A DNA stretch of 32,000 bases, from contig CP006868.1 in NCBI GenBank assembly GCA_025340205.1, forward strand, positions 480,001 to 512,000, written 5' to 3'. Below are positions 21,957 through 30,230 of the stretch, in pieces. The translations under genes and the position numbers were made by a program. The notes beneath the pieces were generated by a model that saw nothing but the letters and a program-made list of their open reading frames with translations, was not told the origin of the DNA and did no database searches. How positions within the stretch are numbered: position 1 is the first letter of the stretch; each line of letters begins with the position of its first letter. This DNA comes from Ignicoccus pacificus DSM 13166 (GTDB taxonomy: Archaea > Thermoproteota > Thermoprotei_A > Sulfolobales > Ignicoccaceae).

Positions 21957-23435
21957 TCACTTCTTCCTCTGGTCGAGGAAGACTTGTAGCTTGTATCCCT
22001 TCCAGACGCTCTCTCCGGGCTTGATCCATATGATCTCCACGTCCTCTGGGCTCAGTCCTACCTCTCTTGCGATGATCTCCCTCGCGGCCTTGTCGTACTC
22101 CGGTGGAGGCGGTATGGGCTTCCTGGTCTCTATCTGTATCTTCAGCTTGTCCATCTTGTCGTCGTATACTATGATGTTGTAGGCTCCGGTGGTGTCGGGT
22201 ATCTGGCTCACGGCGTTCTCCACGACTATCGGGAACAGTAGCTTACCCTTTACGGTGAACATCCACTCGACTCTTCCGGGTATGAGCTCAGCGAACCTAC
22301 AGTGGGTTATTCCTAGCTCCGGAGTGGGCTCACAGATGAACTCGTTCTTCACGTAGTCGCCTAGGCTGTACCTTATCAAGGGCATGGTATAGTGGGTGAG
22401 CAAGGTGGCTATCAGCTCTCCCCTCTCTCCCTCTCCAGCGGGCTCTCCGGCGGGGTTCTCCTCGTAGCTTCCGGGAACGACTATGTCGAACATTTGCGTG
22501 TCCTCCCAGAAGACCAGGGTGCCGGGGGCGTCCGGAGGCTCAATCGCCATGTGACCGTCGGTAGTGCCCCAGACGCTTATGACTCTCTCCACGTTGGGGT
22601 GGACCTCCATAAGCTTCTCCTTGGTCTTCTCGGCAGCAGCTCCTCCGTGGAGCAGAAGGACCTTGAAGGGAGTGACCCATCCCTCCTGCTTGGCCCACTC
22701 TCCTATCCATCTGTGAAGCCACGGAGTGGTGGCGAAGACGTCCACCTTCCACAGCTTCATTATCAGCATGTGCCTGTCCTTCCATGTGAAGAAGGTCTCT
22801 CCTCCTCCAGCTATGGCAGTAGCACCGCACCTCCACATGGCAGTCTCCACGAGAGGCGGTCCCCAGCTGTAGAATCCGCTCATGTTGAGGTAGTTGGCGT
22901 AAACGACTCCAGGCCTGAGGCCGGCGAAGGTCCAGAGGTACCTGGCTTGCTGCTCCTCGAAGTAGTCCAGCTCAACCCTTCCCCATCCTTGGAAGGTGGG
23001 CATTCCGGTGCTTCCGGAGGTTGCTCCGACGAAGTGGATGTACTTGGCCAGCTCCGGAACCATTATGGTTCCGTAGGGAGGGTTGCTCTTGAGGTCAGCT
23101 CTTAGGTCCTTCTTGGTCAAGACCGGTATCTTGACCACGTCCTCGTGGGTCTTTATCATGTCAGGGTGGAAGCCCTTGCTCTTCCAGAACTTGCGGTAGA
23201 ACTCGGTGTTCTCCCACGCCCACTTCACTATGGCCTTTAGCCTCTGAGTCTTGATCTTCTCCAGTTCCTCCCTAGGCATCCTCATTATCTTAGGGTTCCA
23301 CAACACTTCGTCTCTATTAGGAGGATAGTCGGTCCTGATGAAGCCCTCCTGTCTAAACTGCTTGCCCTTCTCTAGGTAGTCACCTAGAGGAGTTGCTCTG
23401 GTGAAGTAGTCGAACATAGCCCTCACTCCGCCCAC
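21957..23435 (-). CDS. Phenylacetate-CoA ligase / coenzyme F390 synthetase-family adenylating enzyme (PaaK-like)
   Basis: The AMP-binding loop [12 protein letters not shown], the 492-aa length and the overall PaaK-like layout. The GTG at 23435 lies about 25 nt downstream of TATAAA (23457-23462), consistent with a leaderless mRNA. An alternative ATG lies at 23417. Confidence 0.8.
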   Translation of the reverse strand: MGGVRAMFDYFTRATPLGDYLEKGKQFRQEGFIRTDYPPNRDEVLWNPKIMRMPREELEKIKTQRLKAIVKWAWENTEFYRKFWKSKGFHPDMIKTHEDVVKIPVLTKKDLRADLKSNPPYGTIMVPELAKYIHFVGATSGSTGMPTFQGWGRVELDYFEEQQARYLWTFAGLRPGVVYANYLNMSGFYSWGPPLVETAMWRCGATAIAGGGETFFTWKDRHMLIMKLWKVDVFATTPWLHRWIGEWAKQEGWVTPFKVLLLHGGAAAEKTKEKLMEVHPNVERVISVWGTTDGHMAIEPPDAPGTLVFWEDTQMFDIVVPGSYEENPAGEPAGEGERGELIATLLTHYTMPLIRYSLGDYVKNEFICEPTPELGITHCRFAELIPGRVEWMFTVKGKLLFPIVVENAVSQIPDTTGAYNIIVYDDKMDKLKIQIETRKPIPPPPEYDKAAREIIAREVGLSPEDVEIIWIKPGESVWKGYKLQVFLDQRKK

Positions 23436-23590
23436 ATCTACCCTGGAACCGTTTATAGGCGTGTATAGGTGGCATATACTTGAGTTGTAGTTACTCTTCC
23501 ATGAACTGTATTACATTTACAAAACTTTCAGTCATCTCTCTGAGTAAAATATCTTGAAGACACAAGTGTTGGAAGTGGGGTTGAAAGGCT

Positions 23591-24508
23591 GTGGGCAGAG
23601 GGACAAAGACGTACTCATTCGGAGTCGGTAAAAGAGAAGCCCACGATTCCTCGCCGTTCTATTCAAGGAAGATGTATCAGAACTTGAAGTTCCCTAAACC
23701 TTCAAAGGAGGACTTGATCGAAAATCCTCTTCCTGAGAAGTTCTTGGATAAGATAATCCTCGGGGATGCTAGAGAGGTGCTGAGAGAGGTTCCAGACAAG
23801 TCGATTCACCTAATGGTCACCTCTCCTCCGTACAACGTGGGAAAGGAATACGATCAAGATCTGACCTTAGGAGAATACTTGGACTTCATCGAAGAGGTAA
23901 TGAGAGAGGTTTACAGAACCTTAGTATGGGGCGGGAGGGTTTGCTTCAACGTAGCTGATTTGGGAAGAAAGCCCTTCATTCCCTTGCACGCATACCTAAT
24001 CGAGAGGTTTGAGAAAATAGGATTCTTGATGAGGGGAATAATAATTTGGGATAAGGGAGATGCGGTAGCTGCTTCCTCGACCGCTTGGGGCACTTGGATG
24101 AGCCCGGTCAACCCTACGCTAAGGGATCAGCACGAGTACATAATAGTGCTGAGCAAGGGCGATTTCAAGAGGCCGAAGCCCAGCGACCCGGAGAAAGTAC
24201 CTACTATATCCAAGGAAGAGTTCGTGGAGTTCACCAAGAGCATATGGAGGTTCAAGCCAGAGAGCGCGAGAAGGGTAGGTCACCCTGCTCCGTTTCCAGA
24301 GGAGCTACCTTATCGTTGTATTCAACTCTACACGTTCAAGAAGGACGTAGTCTTAGATCCCTTCGTCGGAAGCGGTACAACTTGTGTCGTAGCTAAGAAG
24401 ACTGGGAGGCACTTCTTGGGTATAGATATAAATGAGGAGTACGTGGAGCTCTCCAAGAGAAGGGTAGAGAGGTGGCTAAAGCAAAGAAGCCTCGCTCAGT
24501 TCATCTAG
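23591..24508 (+). CDS. Beta-class N4/N6 DNA methyltransferase (SPPY type, likely m4C)
   Basis: Motif IV TSPPYNVGKEY precedes motif I LDPFVGSGTT, which is the beta-class order. Confidence 0.9.
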   Translation: MGRGTKTYSFGVGKREAHDSSPFYSRKMYQNLKFPKPSKEDLIENPLPEKFLDKIILGDAREVLREVPDKSIHLMVTSPPYNVGKEYDQDLTLGEYLDFIEEVMREVYRTLVWGGRVCFNVADLGRKPFIPLHAYLIERFEKIGFLMRGIIIWDKGDAVAASSTAWGTWMSPVNPTLRDQHEYIIVLSKGDFKRPKPSDPEKVPTISKEEFVEFTKSIWRFKPESARRVGHPAPFPEELPYRCIQLYTFKKDVVLDPFVGSGTTCVVAKKTGRHFLGIDINEEYVELSKRRVERWLKQRSLAQFI

Positions 24509-24510
24509 GC

Positions 24511-25146
24511 TTACAGCATTTCCCTTAATTTAATTAGATCTTTAAAATCCGTTGCTAACAGCACCGCGTCCACAAGCCCCGATCTTAGCGATATATCCAT
24601 GATGCACTTTGAGTTCCCCGATTCGGGTTTATGACTAGTTATTATCACATACTTGATATTTCCTTTTATTCCAAACTTCAACTGTACCGCATTAGCCAAT
24701 GCTTTTTTCATCGTGTCCGTTCTAATGAGTCCGGGCCTTGACAGTTCCACTACCTTCCCCTTACACGAGTATTGGTGTGCGGAACCCTTTGCCTCAATGA
24801 CCATTTTCAGGGCGCCTTCTTTCAGTACTGCAAAATCGGCCGCGCCCACTCCTACCATGCATGCCTCCGGTATCTCATATTCTCGGATGAGTTCAATGTT
24901 CTCAATATCTTGGAGAACGAACTTGCGGAGCACGTACTCTAGGAAGTCCTCAAAGGCTTCGCCGAACACCTTTGCCCTCTTTTGAAAGTCTGCTTTGACG
25001 TCGCAAAGTTTATTATACATCAAATATTTCTCAAACGTTTTCTCCAAAGCTATTTTGAGTAGAGTTGGGGATGACTCTAATCTCTTCAGATCTATCGAGA
25101 GTTCATCAAACACGCTATCTACTAATTCCAGCTTGTTTTCCTTCAA
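24511..25146 (-). CDS. Putative type II restriction endonuclease (PD-(D/E)xK)
   Basis: GAADFAVLKEGALKMVIEAKGS gives a D...ExK core. It is convergent with the methyltransferase, with a 2-nt gap between stops. G+C is lower than in the methylase gene. TTAAATA lies about 37 nt upstream of the start. Confidence 0.6.
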   Translation of the reverse strand: MKENKLELVDSVFDELSIDLKRLESSPTLLKIALEKTFEKYLMYNKLCDVKADFQKRAKVFGEAFEDFLEYVLRKFVLQDIENIELIREYEIPEACMVGVGAADFAVLKEGALKMVIEAKGSAHQYSCKGKVVELSRPGLIRTDTMKKALANAVQLKFGIKGNIKYVIITSHKPESGNSKCIMDISLRSGLVDAVLLATDFKDLIKLREML

Positions 25147-25239
25147 AAGGGTGCCCGGGATTCCAGGCCTCTATAGCTCTATTTAATGACCCTCCGCCCT
25201 TTTGCCGTGCTCATCACCTATCAGGGCACCGGCTTGAGG

Positions 25240-27009
25240 TCATCGGGCCTTGAGCATGGCGTTGAGGAGCTCCTCCGAGGTAACCTTGGTTACCTCCCTA
25301 TACGGCACTATCCTATCCAAGTACTCCTCAAACCTATAGTCGGCTAATATTACCAAGCCCTTGTCTTGGGGACTCCTTATCATCCTTCCTATAGCTTGCT
25401 TTACCTTCATTATCATCAATTCTTCATACATACTTTCGAGCACTTTCTCATAGTTATCCTTGTCCAAGCTCTTAGCCACATCTTCCAGGAAGGCGGAGGG
25501 CATTGGAAAGGGAGCTCCAATGATTGATACTACCTTTATCAAGCTTTTTCCATTTTCAGTTAGCTCCACCCCTTCCGTTATCTGATCTCCCGCTACGGCA
25601 GCTATAACGCAAGTCCTCAGCTTCCTAGCTCTGCTCAAGACCGCCGCTCCTCCTCCCCTCTCGCTCGGAATCAACTCCACGTCCAGTTCCTTTGCTATTA
25701 CCTTTAGCGTAACTAAGACGCTCTTCAGCATGGCATAGGATGGATATACCATTAACGCCGTTCCCTTGAGCCTCTTCGCTAAGAGCATGGTCGCCCTCTC
25801 AACCATCTCCCTCCTCTTCACGAAATCCTTATCGTACCTCACCTTGTACCTGCTAGTGTAGTCGGTAACTACTATTACCTTAGCGTTCTCAGGTCTATAC
25901 AATTTAAAGTACTCTTCCCTTAGCTCCTTGTCACCTAACAAGCTCAAGTATTTGTCTAATCTCCCCAAGAACCTCCGCAAGAACTCCGGAGAGGGCATGG
26001 TTCCGCTCATTAGCACCGCTCCGGAAGCTCCTTCCTCCAAGTACTTCCCTATCCAAGGTCTGAGCTCCTTCACCCTCAAGTACTCCCCATCCATATAGAC
26101 CATTGTGTTGGGCTCTCTGGCAAGCAAGAAGAAGTCCATTACTGACTTCAGCTTTTCCACAAGATCGAAGAGTGGGTGAGACTCCATTGCTAGCACTAAA
26201 GCTACCTTGTCTATCACCTTTCCCAGCATGTCCAGCTCGGGACCGCTCACCTCCTTTATCTCGGGGACCCTAACCCCCTTCCCGACGCTCCTGTAGACCT
26301 CGGTAGCCTTGAGAACAGTTCTCAAAGTTTGGAAGAGGGGACCGTAGGAGCCCAGCTCGTCTGCCAGATCCTTGTTCAGCTCTCTCAGCCCTCTAACTAT
26401 CTTGGGGACTTGGGAAATCATCGCTACTCCGAAGGAGGGCTTTAATGACTCTTCTCTCATGAAGTTGAACAGATTGTGGGCCTCGTCGAAGATCAGCAGC
26501 GCTCCCTCTACGTCCAATCCCATCACCTTGAACACGCTTGGGTTCATGTAGGCACTAGGCATTACTATTACTTCTGCATCCTTGCTGAAGGCCTTGAGTC
26601 CCATGTAGGGGCAGTGAGCCCTCCTCTTCCACTCGTCTATCCAATCGAAAAGTCCTACCCAGCTGGAGGGCTTGGGAGGTATTCGATCCCTCCAAGGACA
26701 TACCTTGCAGAGGCTTACCGTCGAAGTTCCTATGGGGCATGCCCTCTCCTTTCCCACCAAGGGGGAGATGCTGAGGGAGGTGAACCTCTCTGCATCCCTT
26801 ACAGGGGGAATGACTTGAGTTACCGTTCTTACTAAGAAGAACGCCTTCCTTATCAATCCTCTTTTCAACGATTCCTCGATTATCTTCAAGGCAGTTAAGG
26901 TTTTGCCGCTACCGGTAGGGGAGTCTATCGCTATCACCGCCGGCCTCTTCTCCTCCAGAGCCCTCACTGACTCCTCGACGAACCTCCTCTGCCACGGCCT
27001 CAGCATCAC
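25240..27009 (-). CDS. xpd: XPD/Rad3-family 5'-3' DNA helicase with a 4Fe-4S domain
   Basis: Walker A SPTGSGKT, DEAH box FDEAHNL, and four Cys (ACPIG, CKVC, HCPYM) between motifs I and II. Later motifs are LMSGTM, YPSYAML, EGVEL and VKQAIGRMIRS. Confidence 0.9.
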   Translation of the reverse strand: MMLRPWQRRFVEESVRALEEKRPAVIAIDSPTGSGKTLTALKIIEESLKRGLIRKAFFLVRTVTQVIPPVRDAERFTSLSISPLVGKERACPIGTSTVSLCKVCPWRDRIPPKPSSWVGLFDWIDEWKRRAHCPYMGLKAFSKDAEVIVMPSAYMNPSVFKVMGLDVEGALLIFDEAHNLFNFMREESLKPSFGVAMISQVPKIVRGLRELNKDLADELGSYGPLFQTLRTVLKATEVYRSVGKGVRVPEIKEVSGPELDMLGKVIDKVALVLAMESHPLFDLVEKLKSVMDFFLLAREPNTMVYMDGEYLRVKELRPWIGKYLEEGASGAVLMSGTMPSPEFLRRFLGRLDKYLSLLGDKELREEYFKLYRPENAKVIVVTDYTSRYKVRYDKDFVKRREMVERATMLLAKRLKGTALMVYPSYAMLKSVLVTLKVIAKELDVELIPSERGGGAAVLSRARKLRTCVIAAVAGDQITEGVELTENGKSLIKVVSIIGAPFPMPSAFLEDVAKSLDKDNYEKVLESMYEELMIMKVKQAIGRMIRSPQDKGLVILADYRFEEYLDRIVPYREVTKVTSEELLNAMLKAR

Positions 27010-27055
27010 TTAGACCTCACCGTATGGGAGAGAGCTTGGTTATGTGTTGGAGCTA

Positions 27056-27754
27056 TTAAAGTAGACTCAAGTTCAGCCAGCTCCTCAAGTTGCTCAATAC
27101 TACCTCTTTTACTCTCTCGGCGCTAATTCCCTTAACCTCAGCTATCTTTTGGATCTCCTCCCTTACCATTGATGGCTTGAGCGTTATTCCCCTGTACTTA
27201 TAGGGACCATCGCTTTCCGTCAAGATGGCCTTAAGAGGTGCTCTTTCCAGAACCCTCAAGTGCTTCTTCTGTATCTTTATAGCTGCGTTTATCCCTATGT
27301 AATAGCCTTGAGAGGTTATCTCTTCTATCAAGTCGAGGGGGCCGTTGTACCAGTGAAAGTAAGCTCTCTTGATATCGTATTTGAGAAGCAAGTCGAATAC
27401 CTCTCTCCAAGCGTCCAAAGCATGAAGGTTCATCGGAAGGTCATACTCCCTTGAAAGGTTCAAGAAGAACTCGAAGAACTTCCTCTCCCTTTCCCTGTTC
27501 TTAACGAAGCGATAGTCCAATCCCACCTCTCCTAAGCAGTGAGCGCTTTCTGCTAACTCCTCGATCTTCTTGAGGTCGCTTTCTCTGCTCTCCTCCACCT
27601 CCCAAGGGTGTATTCCAACGCACTTGAAAACTCCTTCGAGCTTCAAGGTCTTAATAGAGCTCTCCAAGTCGTCTGAGACGGCCACTATGAGAAAATCCTT
27701 CTCAATTAAGGAAGGATCTTCATGTAAGTGAACGTGGGCATCCACGTAGCTCAA
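27056..27754 (-). CDS. tatD: TatD-family metal-dependent hydrolase/nuclease
   Basis: Motifs DAHVHL, GEVGLDYRF, NLHALDA, YFHWYNG and LTESDGPY. Confidence 0.88.
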   Translation of the reverse strand: MSYVDAHVHLHEDPSLIEKDFLIVAVSDDLESSIKTLKLEGVFKCVGIHPWEVEESRESDLKKIEELAESAHCLGEVGLDYRFVKNRERERKFFEFFLNLSREYDLPMNLHALDAWREVFDLLLKYDIKRAYFHWYNGPLDLIEEITSQGYYIGINAAIKIQKKHLRVLERAPLKAILTESDGPYKYRGITLKPSMVREEIQKIAEVKGISAERVKEVVLSNLRSWLNLSLL

Positions 27755-28485
27755 AGGACTCCCTTTCCTGGTCCTACATCCTCTTGCTTAAGCTTACTCA
27801 TGCACAAGCTCAGTAACTCGTTCCTTTTCACTACATGAGTTGCTTCGACTTCTGTCCTTAGCTTATTGAGTCTGCTCATGTACTCACTTATTTCCTTGAG
27901 CTTGCCAGGATCTTTGTTCAAATAGGCAATGTTCCACATTTCGAGAGTATTCTGAAGGCGATCGAATATTTCCTTGAAGGCAACGGCGTAGGAAGAGACG
28001 TATTTCTCGAAGAGATCCAGATCCATCGGCTCTTCACAATTAGGGAAGTCGTTAACTAGCTCCTTGAAATCTTCTACTGCCTTCTCCAAAGAGTCTAACG
28101 CCTTCGGCATGTCCTCTATGACTTCCCCTCCTTCACTTCTAGACGCTAAGTCTTCTAAGACTGAGTGAAGCCTCCCGCCTATCCTCTCAAGCACCTCATA
28201 CGTTTGAGAAAATATTTGCTTATCCACCTCTCCGAACTTGCCAGCGTCAAACTCGCCCAACATGACCGGTATTATCCTGTCTCTTAGAAACGCAATATCC
28301 CTCATGTAAAATGTTAAAGGAACTTGAGACATCAGAAGGCCTACCTTAGGAGCCTCCTTCATCATCTCGACTATTCTAACTGCATGAAAGGTCTCAGTAG
28401 GAAACATACCTAGCACTTGATTGTTCTCCACAATCCTCGTGATGACAGTAGAGGGAACTTCATCGCGAAGTTCCTCGAACCTCAC
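27751..28485 (-). CDS. Hypothetical protein (244 aa), first gene of the tatD-xpd cluster
   Basis: Clean ORF with a 4-nt overlap with tatD. The C-terminal half is helical and acidic. No motif recognised. Confidence 0.6.
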   Translation of the reverse strand: MRFEELRDEVPSTVITRIVENNQVLGMFPTETFHAVRIVEMMKEAPKVGLLMSQVPLTFYMRDIAFLRDRIIPVMLGEFDAGKFGEVDKQIFSQTYEVLERIGGRLHSVLEDLASRSEGGEVIEDMPKALDSLEKAVEDFKELVNDFPNCEEPMDLDLFEKYVSSYAVAFKEIFDRLQNTLEMWNIAYLNKDPGKLKEISEYMSRLNKLRTEVEATHVVKRNELLSLCMSKLKQEDVGPGKGVL

Positions 28486-28549
28486 GACCCTTCCCGAAAA
28501 GGTATACCTAGAGATCCCTAATAAATCTTCCTAAAAAGAGAAAAGATCG

Positions 28550-30085
28550 TTATTGTTCCTTCTGCTTCTTCCTCTCCGGCTTCTCCTCGGGGTTGATTCC
28601 AGCTAACCTTAGGGCGTAGTCCTCCATCTCCTCGAGCGGGTAGAACCTCCTCATCCAGATCCTCTGGGCCTCTGGGCTTCCGGCTCCGTGGACGCTCTCT
28701 ATTAGGAACTCCACGCTCAGGGTTAGGTTCTCTAAGAGCCTTAGGACCCTGTGCCTCCACTCGGCTGGGTACTCCGGTAGGCACTTGAGGTACTCTTGTA
28801 GGTACTTGCCTATCTTCTCGTGGATTAGGTCCTTGTAGCTGGGCAAGGTTCCGATTATTCCTCCGGCTATGTCGTGGCTCAGCCTAGCTATCTCGTAGGG
28901 GAACCTAGTTACCATCTGCTTGGTAACGTTGGCCATCATCTGGTCGACGTAGTAGGTTCCAGAGGCGGCCTTGTGGCCCTCCCAAGCGGCCGCTAGACCT
29001 CCGGCGTGCATTGCCTCGGCTAGGAATATCATCTCAGTTAGCTTCTCCCTTATGTGGCACTTGTTGGCTATGCCCATCTGCTTGGCTAGGTGGTAGGTTC
29101 CTCCAATGATGACGTCAGCCAGACCGGGCTTGCAGCCTCCGTAGGCTTGCCTGTGGTAGCTGGAGAATATCTCCACCAGTTCGGCGGCGAACTGATACTC
29201 CCTAAACATGAAGACCCTCTCCCAAGGTACGAAGACGTCGTCGAAGACCACTATAGCCTCAGCCGGGAAGACTCCGGGCAAGGCATCGACGTTGGGATCC
29301 TCGAACCTCCTGGTGTCGTTGGTATACCTTCCTACGATTAGAGTTACTCCTTCTGCATCTATTGGAACGGCAAAGGCTATGGCGAAGTCCTTGTCGGCCT
29401 CGGTCATAGCTCTGGTGGGCATCACTATCATTTCCTCGCTTGCTAGCACTCCAGTTATGTTCGCCTTAGCACCCCTAACGATTATTCCGTCGTCCCTTAC
29501 CTCTTTCACGTGGACGTAGACGTCCTTGTTAGGCTGCTGGTGAGGCCTAAGGGACCTCACTCCCTTAGCGTCGGTCATGACTCCAGCTAGGGCTATGTCC
29601 TCCTTCTGTACGTACTTGAGGAACTTGAGGAACCTCTCATAGTAGGTGCCGAAGTGCTCGAAGTGCTCCGGCTTCTCTCCCTTCTTCTCATACCACTTGT
29701 CGATGTCATAGGAGATAATGCTTATGGTGTTTATAGCGTCCCAGCCCACACATCTCTGGAAGCAGGAGCCGGCCTTGTGGGATAGCTTCCTGAAGTACTT
29801 TACCTTAATAGCTAGGTCCTTAGGAGACTGGTGAATGTGGTTGAACCTGTTTACCTCTTCATTGATGAACGGGGAGTAAGCCTTGGCTAGGTGCTCCCCC
29901 ATCTCCTCGTCGTAGAAGTCAGGGTCCCAAGGGGCCTTGTAGGTCCACTCGAAGGCCTTTACCGCTGGAAGGGTGAAGGGGTGCTTGGTGACGTCCTCCA
30001 CCTTCTCTCCTAGGACGTAGATCTCAGCTCTCCTGCTCCTCTCGCTGAGCGCTTTGATGTACTCTTCGGGCTTCCTTAGCCCCAT
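28550..30085 (-). CDS. abfD: 4-hydroxybutyryl-CoA dehydratase / vinylacetyl-CoA isomerase (AbfD family)
   Basis: GSCFQRCVG (C-x3-C) and YHRQAYGGCK (H-x6-C) match the FeS ligand pattern Cys99/Cys103/His292/Cys299 of the Clostridium aminobutyricum enzyme. HpaB-like length of 511 aa. Confidence 0.88.
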   Translation of the reverse strand: MGLRKPEEYIKALSERSRRAEIYVLGEKVEDVTKHPFTLPAVKAFEWTYKAPWDPDFYDEEMGEHLAKAYSPFINEEVNRFNHIHQSPKDLAIKVKYFRKLSHKAGSCFQRCVGWDAINTISIISYDIDKWYEKKGEKPEHFEHFGTYYERFLKFLKYVQKEDIALAGVMTDAKGVRSLRPHQQPNKDVYVHVKEVRDDGIIVRGAKANITGVLASEEMIVMPTRAMTEADKDFAIAFAVPIDAEGVTLIVGRYTNDTRRFEDPNVDALPGVFPAEAIVVFDDVFVPWERVFMFREYQFAAELVEIFSSYHRQAYGGCKPGLADVIIGGTYHLAKQMGIANKCHIREKLTEMIFLAEAMHAGGLAAAWEGHKAASGTYYVDQMMANVTKQMVTRFPYEIARLSHDIAGGIIGTLPSYKDLIHEKIGKYLQEYLKCLPEYPAEWRHRVLRLLENLTLSVEFLIESVHGAGSPEAQRIWMRRFYPLEEMEDYALRLAGINPEEKPERKKQKEQ

Positions 30086-30206
30086 TCCTATACACCGCTC
30101 TCCCCTTACCGTTGCGACAATTTATACCTATCTTTACAGTATTTACTCGTTTATATGGTAGGAGAGGGTTCCTACAAGAAGGTTCTCGAGTTAAGGCATT
30201 GAGAAT

Positions 30207-30212
30207 AAAAAA
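30207..30212 (-). terminator. T6 run (A6 on the plus strand) downstream of the surface-protein gene
   Basis: An oligo-T tract 19-24 nt after the stop at 30231-30233. Archaeal termination commonly uses T-runs. Confidence 0.3.
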
Positions 30213-30230
30213 GAGTATTATAAGAGCGGC

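Noticed and set aside
22392-23105. 237-aa plus-strand ORF inside the PaaK-like gene
   Set aside because: It is antisense to a gene with clear AMP-binding motifs. Its translation is G/S/L/P/V-rich and low-complexity, as expected from the reverse frame of a codon-biased gene. No motif.
25205-25245. C/D-box-like elements on the minus strand (GATGA at the xpd stop, CTGA, GTGATGA)
   Set aside because: The order is C-like, D', C', but no terminal CTGA D box follows within a guide length. The first box is part of the xpd coding end. This is more likely chance plus the nuclease promoter region.
25240-27009. The helicase as part of the adjacent R-M or a defence system (DinG/CasDinG-like)
   Set aside because: Its motif set, 4-Cys FeS insertion and length match housekeeping archaeal XPD. 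It is co-oriented with tatD rather than with the R-M genes.
28518-28784. 88-aa ORF overlapping the 3' end of the dehydratase gene in another frame
   Set aside because: It is nested in a strongly supported gene. Its Pro/Arg/Glu/Gly-rich composition suggests an off-frame artefact.
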